Below the pieces are notes generated by a model. That model ran no database searches, was not told the DNA's origin, and saw only the letters and a program-made list of their open reading frames with translations. From a virus (lineage: Duplodnaviria; Caudoviricetes): a stretch of DNA of 64,000 nt. Location of the stretch: the IMG/VR virus record IMGVR_UViG_3300042542_006078, one strand, 5' to 3'. Of this stretch, positions 31,004 through 40,797 are shown in pieces. The translations under genes were made by a program, and so were the position numbers. How positions within the stretch are numbered: the first letter of the stretch is position 1; every line of letters starts with the position of its first letter.

Positions 31004-31210
31004 ATGCCTAAGAAGAAACTGGTTCGTCGGGAGTTTTACATTCAGGAAACTGGTCAGGGTTACGATGTGATGGTAGTGGTTCTTGGTGTTGATGGTTATG
31101 AGTATTGTCATGGGCAATTCTTCTGCAAGAAATATGCAGAAGATATCTTGAGTGATCTCAATGAGGCCGAGACTCGTAAGCAGGAAGCTGCTTACGAACT
31201 TAACGGTTGA
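31004..31210 (+). CDS. Hypothetical early protein
   Basis: AAGGAG RBS. Confidence 0.65.
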   Translation: MPKKKLVRREFYIQETGQGYDVMVVVLGVDGYEYCHGQFFCKKYAEDILSDLNEAETRKQEAAYELNG

Positions 31211-31225
31211 TTATTTAGGATTCAA

Positions 31226-31258
31226 GGGTGGCATAGTTAACTCTATGCCACCCTTTTT
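31226..31258 (+). terminator. Hairpin GGGTGGCATAG-ttaact-CTATGCCACCC plus T-run (copy 1 of 4; others near 31857, 32987, 33319)
   Basis: 11-bp GC-rich stem followed by TTTTT. Confidence 0.75.
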
Positions 31259-31290
31259 CATGCGATTTTTTACCAAAAGGAGTGTGTGAT

Positions 31291-31545
31291 ATGAGTCGTA
31301 ACGAAATGTTTTGCAGGCTTGACGAAGCGGTTATCACCGATGACGGGGATTTCATCCCTAAAAGAACGCCAGTACGGGTTTTGTATTGGAGTACAGAAGC
31401 AGAAGGATTGATTCGGGTCGAACCTACAGCCCATATGTATTCTGACTCTTGTGATGATGAATTTCATTCATTTATTGGAACTGGACTGTTAATCGATGTC
31501 AAGCCTAGTGCCTTAACTTTTAGTTCTTGTGACAAAGGAGAATGA
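31291..31545 (+). CDS. Hypothetical protein, paralog of 31921..32184 (SH3-like beta pattern)
   Basis: NEMFCRL..DGDFIP..TPVRVLYWS. Confidence 0.7.
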   Translation: MSRNEMFCRLDEAVITDDGDFIPKRTPVRVLYWSTEAEGLIRVEPTAHMYSDSCDDEFHSFIGTGLLIDVKPSALTFSSCDKGE

Positions 31546-31546
31546 T

Positions 31547-31828
31547 ATGGCAAAGTATGAAGTGATCTTTGAAGAGATTCTGCATCATAAGGTAGAGGTG
31601 GAAGGAAATAGCCTAAAAGAGGCGAAGGAGAAAGCGTGCGAAATTGTAATGTACGGTCCTGAGACCGATTATGATACAGAAAGCTTAGGGACACAATTAA
31701 TTTCGGCTGAAGGCGAAGACGGTGAAGACGGTGAAGACGGTGAAGACGGTGAAGACGGTGAAGACGGCCAAGGTGAAGACGGCCAAGGTGAAGGCGAAGA
31801 CGGTGCCGATGAAGACGGTGCCGATTAA
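31547..31828 (+). CDS. Acidic protein with (GED)n tail
   Basis: 9-bp gaagacggt tandem repeat at ~31735-31825. Confidence 0.65.
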   Translation: MAKYEVIFEEILHHKVEVEGNSLKEAKEKACEIVMYGPETDYDTESLGTQLISAEGEDGEDGEDGEDGEDGEDGQGEDGQGEGEDGADEDGAD

Positions 31829-31920
31829 TTCAGTATTAGTAAACTAACAATTTTAAGGGTGGCATAGAGTTAACTCTATGCCACCCTTTTTCATGCGATT
31901 AACCCAAAGGAGTGTGTGAT

Positions 31921-32184
31921 ATGGCAAAGGATAACGAAATGTTTTGCAGGCTTAAATGGACACATGTGACCGAAGATGGCGATTACATCCCTCAGGGCAC
32001 ACCAGTACGGGTTTTGTATTGGAGTCCAGACACGGACTCAGGATTGCTGCGGGTCGAAGCTACAGCCTATATGTATTGTGAATGTGATGATAATGATGAT
32101 TTTCGATCATTTATTGGAACTGGAATGCTGATTGATGTTAAGCCTAATGCCTTAACTTTTAGTTCTTTTCACAAAGGAGAATGA
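31921..32184 (+). CDS. Hypothetical protein, paralog of 31291..31545
   Basis: NEMFCRL..DGDYIP..TPVRVLYWS. Confidence 0.7.
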   Translation: MAKDNEMFCRLKWTHVTEDGDYIPQGTPVRVLYWSPDTDSGLLRVEATAYMYCECDDNDDFRSFIGTGMLIDVKPNALTFSSFHKGE

Positions 32185-32185
32185 T

Positions 32186-32533
32186 ATGATCGAGATTAAG
32201 AACATTAATCATAATCATGAACTATTGAATGTTGCCGAGGAAATTATTGACAACAATTTCACATCTTGTAACTGTGGCGATGAGTGCAATGGCACTTGTA
32301 CGCATAGCAAGTTGATGCTGGCCATAGCTAATGCCAAGAGGGACAAGAAACAAAATAAAGCTTCCTTAGAGGAAAGGGTTGAAGCGTTAGAGAAATTATA
32401 CTTCTTGGTATCAGAGCCTACAGAGGCAAGGGTTGAAGCGATAGAGAAATATATCGTCGAAAAAACTGAGTCTATTTGTAAATTTGGTATGTTAGAACAC
32501 TCTAAAATTAGCCGGTTGTTCGGTAGTAAATGA
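32186..32533 (+). CDS. Hypothetical protein (CxCxxxCxxxC motif)
   Basis: AAGGAG RBS; SCNCGDECNGTCTH. Confidence 0.65.
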   Translation: MIEIKNINHNHELLNVAEEIIDNNFTSCNCGDECNGTCTHSKLMLAIANAKRDKKQNKASLEERVEALEKLYFLVSEPTEARVEAIEKYIVEKTESICKFGMLEHSKISRLFGSK

Positions 32534-32685
32534 AAAATAACCAAAAGTATTGTGTGAATGTGTAACAATTCCGAATTAGAAAAAACTTCTTCGGAATCCA
32601 GAGAAGCAAAGCCGATAGTATGGTGTGGAGACAATCACAACTTCGTGGTTGTCTTGTGTTGCAGAAGGGTAGAAGGAGTAATGAT

Positions 32686-32955
32686 ATGGCACACACAGAA
32701 GAAGATCATTTGTTTGCTCTTTCCGGCGAATTCGCCGTTTCAAGCCACTTGAAACCAATTTTTGCGGGACGAAAAAACACCATTATTGGTTTTGAACTGC
32801 CAGATGGTCGTAAAGTTAAACTCATAGTTGGTTTAGAACTGGAAAATGAAGTCAATGGTGATTATGATCACATTACTTCAGCGAAAGGAATGCAGGACTT
32901 GGGTTTTGGTTTGATTGATTACCATATGAGTTCTTTTGAGCCAAAAGGAGTATGA
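32686..32955 (+). CDS. Hypothetical early protein
   Basis: Promoter copy at 32583, AAGGAG RBS. Confidence 0.65.
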   Translation: MAHTEEDHLFALSGEFAVSSHLKPIFAGRKNTIIGFELPDGRKVKLIVGLELENEVNGDYDHITSAKGMQDLGFGLIDYHMSSFEPKGV

Positions 32956-33051
32956 TTAAATCTTATAATGTTGATTAATATTTCAAGGGTGGCATAGTTA
33001 ACTCTATGCCACCCTTTTTCATGCGATTTTTTACCCAAAGGAGTTTGTGCT

Positions 33052-33309
33052 ATGATTGATACTTCTTGTTGTGTAAGATACCATCTTAATAAATTAGAGT
33101 ATCTATCTTACAAAGGACGCTCTTATATTAAATTAGAAAGGGGTAAAATGGTATTCTGGGGTAGTAGTGTCCCGTACTTTGTCATTGAATGGCAACCGGA
33201 AAATGGTCCCGGTGCGTACTGGCTCGTTAATGGTGCTGGCGAATCTGCTGTCGCAGCACCAAGTGAATTAACAGAGTACCCAATCAACCAGAAGATTGAT
33301 GTTGAATGA
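33052..33309 (+). CDS. Hypothetical protein
   Basis: AAGGAG RBS after hairpin copy 3. Confidence 0.6.
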   Translation: MIDTSCCVRYHLNKLEYLSYKGRSYIKLERGKMVFWGSSVPYFVIEWQPENGPGAYWLVNGAGESAVAAPSELTEYPINQKIDVE

Positions 33310-33383
33310 TTGAGGACAGGGTGGCATAGTTAACTCTATGCCACCCTTTTTCATGCGATTTTTTACCCAAAGGAGTGTGTGAT

Positions 33384-34172
33384 ATGTCTACTCGTGGAAC
33401 TTATCAATTCGATTCTGGTCATAATCATGAAGGAATTACAACTGTGTACATTCATCATGACAATTATCCGAAAGGAGCGGCACGGTATTTTTACGAAACT
33501 CTTATCAATCCTTCTAAGGGTAATCTAGCAACCCAATTTATTCGAGCAAACCCCAATTCAGAAATCACAGATAGTCATGAACCTTATGCAAAGCCTTATA
33601 TTCATGGCGATACCAAATATCAATACTACATTGATGGAAATGATGCAGGGGCAATTGTGAGTGTTTATGAGGTCGATTTGAAATTGATGGGTCAAGAAGG
33701 CATTCCTAAAAAGGAATTGTGTCTTCTAGATTCATTACCTCTTTACGAGTTTATCAACAAGTATATTGATGATTCAGAAATTGAAATAATCGTTCCTGTT
33801 TCCTTTAATGAAATTCCTCATGAATGTACGATTTATTTGAACAAAGAATTGGCTAGGAAAGAATTAGCTAGGAAAGGTTTGCCAGATGAAGTGAAAAAAG
33901 TTATTCGCAATTACATTGGAGATATTGGTAAGAGTAAATTTTTTGAAACTGTTTGCATTGTTCCAAACATGATTGTTCTTGTTGCTCCTACAGGTGAGTC
34001 AATTGACATCAGGATTCGTGATGAAAAATTGCTCATCATGGTGAATACCGATTCACCAGAAAATCCTTCTTCCTACACCGAGGAATGGGAAAGAAATAAA
34101 TATCAAACAAATCCAAAAGATAAAATTTACTATCAAAGAATATCACTTCCTTGTTCTAAGAGAGAGAGTTAA
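33384..34172 (+). CDS. Conserved phage hypothetical protein
   Basis: MSTRG...VYIHHDNYPKGA pattern. Confidence 0.7.
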   Translation: MSTRGTYQFDSGHNHEGITTVYIHHDNYPKGAARYFYETLINPSKGNLATQFIRANPNSEITDSHEPYAKPYIHGDTKYQYYIDGNDAGAIVSVYEVDLKLMGQEGIPKKELCLLDSLPLYEFINKYIDDSEIEIIVPVSFNEIPHECTIYLNKELARKELARKGLPDEVKKVIRNYIGDIGKSKFFETVCIVPNMIVLVAPTGESIDIRIRDEKLLIMVNTDSPENPSSYTEEWERNKYQTNPKDKIYYQRISLPCSKRES

Positions 34173-34270
34173 AAATATATCATGAGGTATATCCTTGTGG
34201 AGTATTCCACAAGGATTTTGATTTTATTGATTTGATAAAACGAGGTATTTGGTTTTAAGGAAGGTGATTA

Positions 34271-35479
34271 ATGGAACAGCCTCATTTTATATTTTTTGGG
34301 GAAGGCGATTCTCTGAGAAGAAAAGCGCCAACTGAGGAAGAGAAGTTGGTTCTTGTAGACAGGAAAGCCAAAGAGAGTCCTTTTCACAAGTTTGTTGGAA
34401 ACGACAAGGCAGTGAAGAAGTTGCAGGTTGCGGCCTATCATGCTTTGGGTCACCCTAATCACATGATGAGGGATTTGAGCTTTAGCATATTTGGGCCAGC
34501 AAGTGCAGGAAAGACGACTTTGGCAAGGATCTATGGTGAAGCAGTAAGGCTCCCATTCATCGAAATAAGTCCAAAGGGTGTTAAGGCCCTTGATGATGTA
34601 TTCGACTTTATAGACGGTGTTTTAAGCCGTGCAGGTATTGGATTGGTTGATTTAGATGAAGGCAAGCATGTTTTGCCTCCCTGTGTTTTGTTCTTTGACG
34701 AGGTCCATGCTTTATCTGATGGAATCATTCAAGGTTTGCTCAAGGCTACCGAGTTTGGCGATGCCATCATGCAGACAGAGAGCGGAAGGATTCTGGACAC
34801 ATATGCGGCAACATGGATGGTTGCCACTACAGATGAGGGAAAGTTATTTGATGCATTTAGGACTAGGTTTAATCCAATTCATCTTCAATATCTTGGCAAG
34901 AAGGATGTTGCGAAGATTGTAGGAAATAATCATCCTGATTTGTCTGAGGAAGTCTGCAACCTTGTTTCTCATTATAATCCAAGGGTTCCTAGGCAGGCAT
35001 TACAATTTGCTAGGTACATGGAAATGTATAGGAAAATGCATAATGACATGTCGTGGAAAGAAATAGCCAAGTCGGTGGCTAATGACGAAGGAATCAATGA
35101 ATATGGATTCAATGAGAATCAGATGAAGGTTTTGAAGAACCTCGAGGGTGGCGCTCTCAGTAAAAAGAACTTGGCTACGATGATTGGAAGGAAGGAAGAG
35201 GAGCTTGAGAATTACATTATTCCAACATTGATTGCAGAAACAGAAGATCAGAGTTCTCTGATTAAGAGCAGTACCAGAGGTTATATTCTTACTGATGAAG
35301 GAAGTCGTCTCTTAGTTGACATGAGGTTGTTTGACCAGTTAGCTCATGATCCGAATGGTCCTTCTGTCAACATTGATCCCAAGTATGTAATTGTGGAAGT
35401 ACTTAAAAGACTTGGTAGTGAAGAACAAAAGAAATCATTCATGAAAAGTCTGATCAAAGAAATCGAATCTATGATTTGA
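34271..35479 (+). CDS. ruvB: RuvB-like AAA+ ATPase
   Basis: Walker A GPASAGKTT, Walker B LFFDEVH, ATT...FRTRF, PRQA, C-terminal GINEYG...GGA...LA..IG...LE.YI.P.L...RG..LT winged helix. Confidence 0.75.
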   Translation: MEQPHFIFFGEGDSLRRKAPTEEEKLVLVDRKAKESPFHKFVGNDKAVKKLQVAAYHALGHPNHMMRDLSFSIFGPASAGKTTLARIYGEAVRLPFIEISPKGVKALDDVFDFIDGVLSRAGIGLVDLDEGKHVLPPCVLFFDEVHALSDGIIQGLLKATEFGDAIMQTESGRILDTYAATWMVATTDEGKLFDAFRTRFNPIHLQYLGKKDVAKIVGNNHPDLSEEVCNLVSHYNPRVPRQALQFARYMEMYRKMHNDMSWKEIAKSVANDEGINEYGFNENQMKVLKNLEGGALSKKNLATMIGRKEEELENYIIPTLIAETEDQSSLIKSSTRGYILTDEGSRLLVDMRLFDQLAHDPNGPSVNIDPKYVIVEVLKRLGSEEQKKSFMKSLIKEIESMI

Positions 35480-35735
35480 TTTCTTTGAATCAAGGTTAAC
35501 AATAAGAGAATCCATATGGATTCTCTTATTTTATTTTCAGTTGGTTGCAGAGTACAAGTGCGTAAGTTGATTTTACGCACTTGTACTTTGTCTTCATCGT
35601 GATTTTTTGAAACTGCTTCGGATTGGCAAGAAGCAAAGCCGATATATGGGTGCAACCAATCATGTTGATCACTAATTCTTGAAACTGCTTCGGATTGGGA
35701 AGAAGCAAAGCCGATATATGGTTGAGGAGAATTCA

Positions 35736-36071
35736 ATGCCAGAAGACAACAAGGTCAAGACTTCTGAATGTATTGCTGGTGATATAGTTTACACAAATTT
35801 TGCGGGGTTGAGTCAGAATTACGAACCTCGTGATTGTGCATTTTTCCATTTGTTCAAGTGGAAGGTTATTCTTCCTGAGTATTCATTGTGTGCCAGAATC
35901 CAAGATAATGGTTCTTTTGATGAGAAGCCAGTAATCATGGAAGAGTGCTACAAGACTAAGAAAGAAGCACTCTTTGCTTGTGCCCAAAGGCTACAAAGTT
36001 TTGTTGACAATATATCAGGTACTATCAATAAGGCACTTGAGCAGGCAATGCTCATCATTGATAAGGAGTAA
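35736..36071 (+). CDS. Hypothetical early protein
   Basis: After two tandem promoter copies, GAGGAG RBS. Confidence 0.65.
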   Translation: MPEDNKVKTSECIAGDIVYTNFAGLSQNYEPRDCAFFHLFKWKVILPEYSLCARIQDNGSFDEKPVIMEECYKTKKEALFACAQRLQSFVDNISGTINKALEQAMLIIDKE

Positions 36072-36074
36072 ATC

Positions 36075-37190
36075 ATGAGTAGTTTGGTTGATTCTTTGAA
36101 GAATTCTCATTTCATTTACGACTTTGGGAATGGTGTTTCCAAACCTGTTCATTATGTCAATCGTGATAGTTCGGGTAGGTGGAATTTGGCACTTCCTTAT
36201 TGCAGGGAAGAAACTGGCAAGTACATTGCTGGCCAAAGGGAAGAAAGCGGTAATATCCGTTTTTATATCAGCAAGTCTGATATGAATTTCGCAACCATTG
36301 ATGAAATGGCAGAATGGTGCGTTCAAAATGATCGTAGTATTGTTTATCGACTTTCTTCTCAATCCAACGATTCTTTCAAGGTTGATTATGAAACGATAAT
36401 TGGTTTGAGGTCTAAAAAACCAACAACTGCCAACATCAATTCTTTTCTCAATGCAATTGGTTTGGGATTCGTCAATGTCACAAGAGCTAGGAAAAACAGA
36501 AGATTATCAGGTCGTGTTGATTATGATCGTCTTGATTTAACTTATAGCATCAACAATTCAACACAAAACAGTTTAAGACAACGAAATTTTAATCTTGAAT
36601 ACTATGACGAAAAATCTTTTCACTTATTCAGTTCTTTATTGAAGGTTTTGACTCTACATCATTCTGATTCAATAGTTCAAGACAACAATTACTTTCTTGG
36701 TTTAAGCAACTTTGGTCGTGATAGTTATGATTTAGTTTTGGGTCATTTTTTAAGGTCTATAAAGACCCAGAATTGTACGAGTAATAATTTTGATCAGAAT
36801 TCTTTTGATCCCGAAAGGTTAGGTGAAATCAACAAGTTTCTTTTCCCTGCCCAGTCTATAATGCTTGCTCATATTTCATCTCAGGTTTTGAATAATCTTG
36901 ACAAGTATCAATTAGATCCAATGAATCCTAGTCTTTATATTAAATCGACAGTTGTTGATTCTTGGGGATTGAAAATTAATTATACAAACCAAGGGGCAAA
37001 TCCTATTCATTATGGATTTGACCATTTCTACTGTTCTGATTATGGATATTCTCCAAAAAGATTTATCTCAGGTTTTGTTAGAAATAGTCCTGTTGTGGAA
37101 AAGGTGAAAGAGCTTTTCCAGATGTCTGTTTCTAGAATGGATGAATGGAGGAGCAATCTTGCTTCAAGGTTGAAGAGGACTTCATCATGA
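36075..37190 (+). CDS. Hypothetical protein
   Basis: 371-aa ORF, AAGGAG RBS. Confidence 0.75.
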   Translation: MSSLVDSLKNSHFIYDFGNGVSKPVHYVNRDSSGRWNLALPYCREETGKYIAGQREESGNIRFYISKSDMNFATIDEMAEWCVQNDRSIVYRLSSQSNDSFKVDYETIIGLRSKKPTTANINSFLNAIGLGFVNVTRARKNRRLSGRVDYDRLDLTYSINNSTQNSLRQRNFNLEYYDEKSFHLFSSLLKVLTLHHSDSIVQDNNYFLGLSNFGRDSYDLVLGHFLRSIKTQNCTSNNFDQNSFDPERLGEINKFLFPAQSIMLAHISSQVLNNLDKYQLDPMNPSLYIKSTVVDSWGLKINYTNQGANPIHYGFDHFYCSDYGYSPKRFISGFVRNSPVVEKVKELFQMSVSRMDEWRSNLASRLKRTSS

Positions 37191-37480
37191 CAATTAAAAA
37201 AAAGGAAAAGGATTGGCCTAAAAGTGAAAAAGAACTCAAACCATTTTCCGTTAAAAATTTTCATTTCTATCCTTGTGTTTTTTCTTCGAGCATAGATCAA
37301 GGTTTTGTGTATTACCTTCAAAAATTTGATTGGAAGGGAATTCTTCAGATAGAACAAAATAGCCCTAGATTCAAAAACATAGAAGAAGCATATGATTACA
37401 TTGGAATGCCTTTTGATAAAACTGTTTCGGAATCGGAAGAAGCAAAGCCGATAAAACAAAGAAGGGGGAATCGCACATGA
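37187..37480 (+). CDS. Hypothetical protein (contains promoter copy 7 in its 3' end)
   Basis: ATGA overlaps with both neighbours. Confidence 0.6.
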   Translation: MTIKKKEKDWPKSEKELKPFSVKNFHFYPCVFSSSIDQGFVYYLQKFDWKGILQIEQNSPRFKNIEEAYDYIGMPFDKTVSESEEAKPIKQRRGNRT

Positions 37481-38925
37481 GTAGTGAAACAGAAGCCAAG
37501 TTGATTGCTGTTTGTGAAGACATCAAGTCTTCAAGTCAATTCCGAGAAGCAGCAGATGCCATGAGAAATGGCACAAGCATTGTTTTGTCGAGGCTCAAGA
37601 ATAATTTTGGTTCAGTAATCAATGATTCTTGTGATAAGGATGTTGCGAACCTTAAAGAAAAGATTACATCTCAGCTTGAGGGCTATTGTAATTCTTGGGT
37701 CAACAATCAATCTAATCAATTAATTGTTTTCCCAGAAGGGACAAGGTTTGTCCATCGTGAAGGTAGAGATGTTAACATTGTCATTGAGCAGAAGCCAACT
37801 GTTCGTGTGATTAATTTTCTTGGTCAAAACTACAATGTGGCATTGCCTTTCGTGCAATTCTACATTGTTTTTTCGGCGAACAATAACAACACCTTGAGGT
37901 TGATTCAGGTGAGAATTTCTGGGTCGAAGAAACCAATTTCTTCTCTCGATTCCAATGTTGAGCGTTTGCAGTTGCCCAACATGGGAAACAGTTTGTGTCT
38001 TGGTGATATTATGAATCAGGCAAGTAGTTCTTATAATCTGGAAGTTGATATTTCGACGAAGTGCAATGAAATAATCAACCTTTTCTGGCAGAGTGAGTTC
38101 AACATTGACTTATCCGAGTATTTCAGGATATGGTTGGATAGAAACTTCTCACAAGAATACCGTAAAAACGGTGATAATGGCAGCAATGTCAACATTCATG
38201 GTTGCATGGCAGCATGGCACAAGAAAAGTGCAGCAGATCCTCTTTTTGTGCTTTCCAATAGTTGCCTTTATGAATCTTATGGTCCTGTTAGTCAGTTTAT
38301 TTCAAGTGACTATAGTAGTCGCAATAATCGTGCTGTTCTGCTCAACAACATTACAGGCGTAATTCAGAGCGAGACTGAAAATTATGTCTCAAGTGTTATC
38401 AGCAGTCTGAATAGTGTTGATGTTGCAGAAGAGAATAGAAATTCGGCTCATTTAACAGTACTGACAAATAATTTGAATTATATGGTCAATCAAGCCTATT
38501 CCAATCTTTGGAAAGTTGCTCATTCCGAGCATAAGGATAAGGTCTTTGAAGACGAGAGCAGGCTTAGTAATTTGGAGAGAGATATTTCCGTTAGGGAAAG
38601 GAATTTGGGATACCAGATCAGCAATTTTAATTCTCAGAAAGAGTCTTGGGACAATCTAAGGAACCTTGTTCAGCTTGAGCTTTTCAACATTTACAACTAT
38701 TTGCAAGATGAGTTGAAAAGTGTTGAATCCATTAAGGCCAAGTTGCAACAGAATTTTGATGAACAAGGTGCTGTTCTTTCTAAGCCTCGCCGTGGAAGGC
38801 CAAAGAAGGAATCTCTTCCTCCAGATATTGAGAAAAGCATCGACTTGGTAGCAAGCAGTGGTTGTCTTGTTGGTCCTAATGGTGAGACTCTGAGAAAGCG
38901 TGGAAGGCCAAGGAAAGTTTCTTAA
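37477..38925 (+). CDS. Prokaryotic E2 (Prok-E2_D/PRTRC-B-like) ubiquitin-conjugating-fold protein with coiled coil and two AT-hooks
   Basis: EQKPTVRVINF...LPFVQFYI...LPNMGNSLCLG (Cys174)...FWQSEFN; C-terminal PRRGRPKK and RKRGRPRK. Confidence 0.7.
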   Translation: MSSETEAKLIAVCEDIKSSSQFREAADAMRNGTSIVLSRLKNNFGSVINDSCDKDVANLKEKITSQLEGYCNSWVNNQSNQLIVFPEGTRFVHREGRDVNIVIEQKPTVRVINFLGQNYNVALPFVQFYIVFSANNNNTLRLIQVRISGSKKPISSLDSNVERLQLPNMGNSLCLGDIMNQASSSYNLEVDISTKCNEIINLFWQSEFNIDLSEYFRIWLDRNFSQEYRKNGDNGSNVNIHGCMAAWHKKSAADPLFVLSNSCLYESYGPVSQFISSDYSSRNNRAVLLNNITGVIQSETENYVSSVISSLNSVDVAEENRNSAHLTVLTNNLNYMVNQAYSNLWKVAHSEHKDKVFEDESRLSNLERDISVRERNLGYQISNFNSQKESWDNLRNLVQLELFNIYNYLQDELKSVESIKAKLQQNFDEQGAVLSKPRRGRPKKESLPPDIEKSIDLVASSGCLVGPNGETLRKRGRPRKVS

Positions 38926-38951
38926 TCATCAACAATTAAGGAGAATCAAGT

Positions 38952-39947
38952 ATGTCGATTGTTACATTTCCAGTTTATTTAGCTTCTAATGGTTTTACTC
39001 CTCCTGAAAATGGAACATATTATGTTGTTGCCAAAGACGGCATTTATCTCCGAGTGGAGAGGCTACATGGTTCATCTCTTGTCAAGGTTGGCTCCATTCC
39101 TTTTCTTGACAATGCAAAGCTGAATACAAAGTTCACTTTGCCAAACATCCCTGTCAAGATCATGTATCAGGCAAAGACATTCTTCAGAACTGTCTTTTCC
39201 AATCACAGAAGCGAGTCTTATTTGACTCTTCTTTATTCAAAGAAGTTGAATGACTATAAGCTTTGGTGCCCAAACCAAACAGTGAGCTATTGTTCAGTTG
39301 ATTACGACAGAACAGATACTGTTTCTTTTGAGGAGCGTGATTATATCGGCAGCGAAGGTGCTGGATGGCAGATGGTTGGAACTATTCACTCTCATTGTGA
39401 TTTTAGTGCATTCCACAGTGGAACTGACGAGGCAGACGAGGCCAGCTTTGATGGTATTCACCTGACATTTGGCCATGTTAATTCCGACAAGTTTAGTATC
39501 GCAAGCAGCATTTGCTTTAACAACAATAGAACGAAAATGAATCCAACAGATGTCGCAGATGGACTTGTTGCTGATTCGGAAGAGGAAGTTACGGAAAAAG
39601 AAGAATATAGTCATCGTGGGTCTGTCTACGAGCGTACAACCAAAAGAACTGAGTATTGGTTCAGACTCGATGAACTCAATGAACAAGAAAAGTCTGATCA
39701 TGCTGAATTCTTGGCAAATGTCCTTCCAGCTTGGATGGAAAAAGTAACCAAGTTCGTCTCACCAATCACTGATTCTGCTCCTAGCTCTTCTTGGACTTAT
39801 CAAGATATCAAGTCCAAGAAGGATAGTGATGACGAAGAATGGTATGATATGTGGAAACTTAATCAACACAACCGTAGCCGAGGTAGAGACTCAATCTACA
39901 GGTCAGAAGAAAATTACTACGGAATTCGTGAATGGGATGGTGATTGA
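38952..39947 (+). CDS. JAB/JAMM (Mov34/MPN) metallo-isopeptidase, PRTRC-A-like
   Basis: GTIHSHCDFSAFHSGTD = HxHx7Sx2D (H146,H148,S156,D159); YVVAKDGIYLRV N-terminal block. Confidence 0.88.
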   Translation: MSIVTFPVYLASNGFTPPENGTYYVVAKDGIYLRVERLHGSSLVKVGSIPFLDNAKLNTKFTLPNIPVKIMYQAKTFFRTVFSNHRSESYLTLLYSKKLNDYKLWCPNQTVSYCSVDYDRTDTVSFEERDYIGSEGAGWQMVGTIHSHCDFSAFHSGTDEADEASFDGIHLTFGHVNSDKFSIASSICFNNNRTKMNPTDVADGLVADSEEEVTEKEEYSHRGSVYERTTKRTEYWFRLDELNEQEKSDHAEFLANVLPAWMEKVTKFVSPITDSAPSSSWTYQDIKSKKDSDDEEWYDMWKLNQHNRSRGRDSIYRSEENYYGIREWDGD

Positions 39948-40053
39948 TATATCTTGATATCAACCCATCTTTTATAAGTTTTGTTAAAACTGCTTCGGAA
40001 AGGGGAGAAGCAAAGCCGATATATGGGTGTGGTGAAAGTTTTAAGGGGGGTTG

Positions 40054-40782
40054 ATGATGCAAAAGGTTAAGGTTGTAGGGACAGGAGGAATTGGATTGTG
40101 TCTTCTTCCTGTCCTTTGTCGTTTCATTAATTACGAGGCCAAGAAATTTCCTGTTGCCGAGGTCCATCTAATAGATGGAGACGAGTTTGAGGCAAGGAAT
40201 GCCGAGAGGCAAGACTTTAACGAGATTGGCCCCAAGGCAACAGTCACTGCCAATCAGTTGAGACAAAAGTTTGGAAGGATCAGGATTGTCGATCATCCTG
40301 TTTTCCTTAGCGAAGACAATATTGTTCCTCACATTCGTGAGAACGACATTGTGATTTTGGCTGTTGACAATCACAACAGTCGTAAGATTGTGAGTGACAG
40401 AGCTATCGAGTTAAACAATATCACGGTCATAAGTGGTGGTAACGATCTTCATGATGGCAATGTGTTAATTCACATTCGTCGTGATGGAAAAGATTTGACT
40501 CCTCCCCTTGCATCACAATATCATCCAGAGATTGCAAGTCCTGACGACTTGCATCCTAGTCAGTTGAATCAGCCGGGTTCTTGTAGTCGTCAGGCTGAAC
40601 AAACTCCTCAGTTGGTGATTGTGAACAATCTGATTGCAGCGAATATGCTTTCAGCATTTTACAATCTCACCGATAGTGAGGTATTTAGAAGTAAGGTTTT
40701 GAAGAGTCCTGAGAAGTATGGAGAGGTTTTACTTGACATGGTGGTCATGTCAGGTGTTGTTCGTGATCGGTTTGTTTCCTGA
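40054..40782 (+). CDS. ThiF/E1-like adenylating enzyme
   Basis: VVGTGGIG, DGDEFE.RN.ERQ, AVDN..SRK, SGGND, GSC..Q...Q.VIVNNLIA; no CxxC zinc motifs. Confidence 0.9.
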   Translation: MMQKVKVVGTGGIGLCLLPVLCRFINYEAKKFPVAEVHLIDGDEFEARNAERQDFNEIGPKATVTANQLRQKFGRIRIVDHPVFLSEDNIVPHIRENDIVILAVDNHNSRKIVSDRAIELNNITVISGGNDLHDGNVLIHIRRDGKDLTPPLASQYHPEIASPDDLHPSQLNQPGSCSRQAEQTPQLVIVNNLIAANMLSAFYNLTDSEVFRSKVLKSPEKYGEVLLDMVVMSGVVRDRFVS

Positions 40783-40797
40783 TTAATGGGGGTTACC

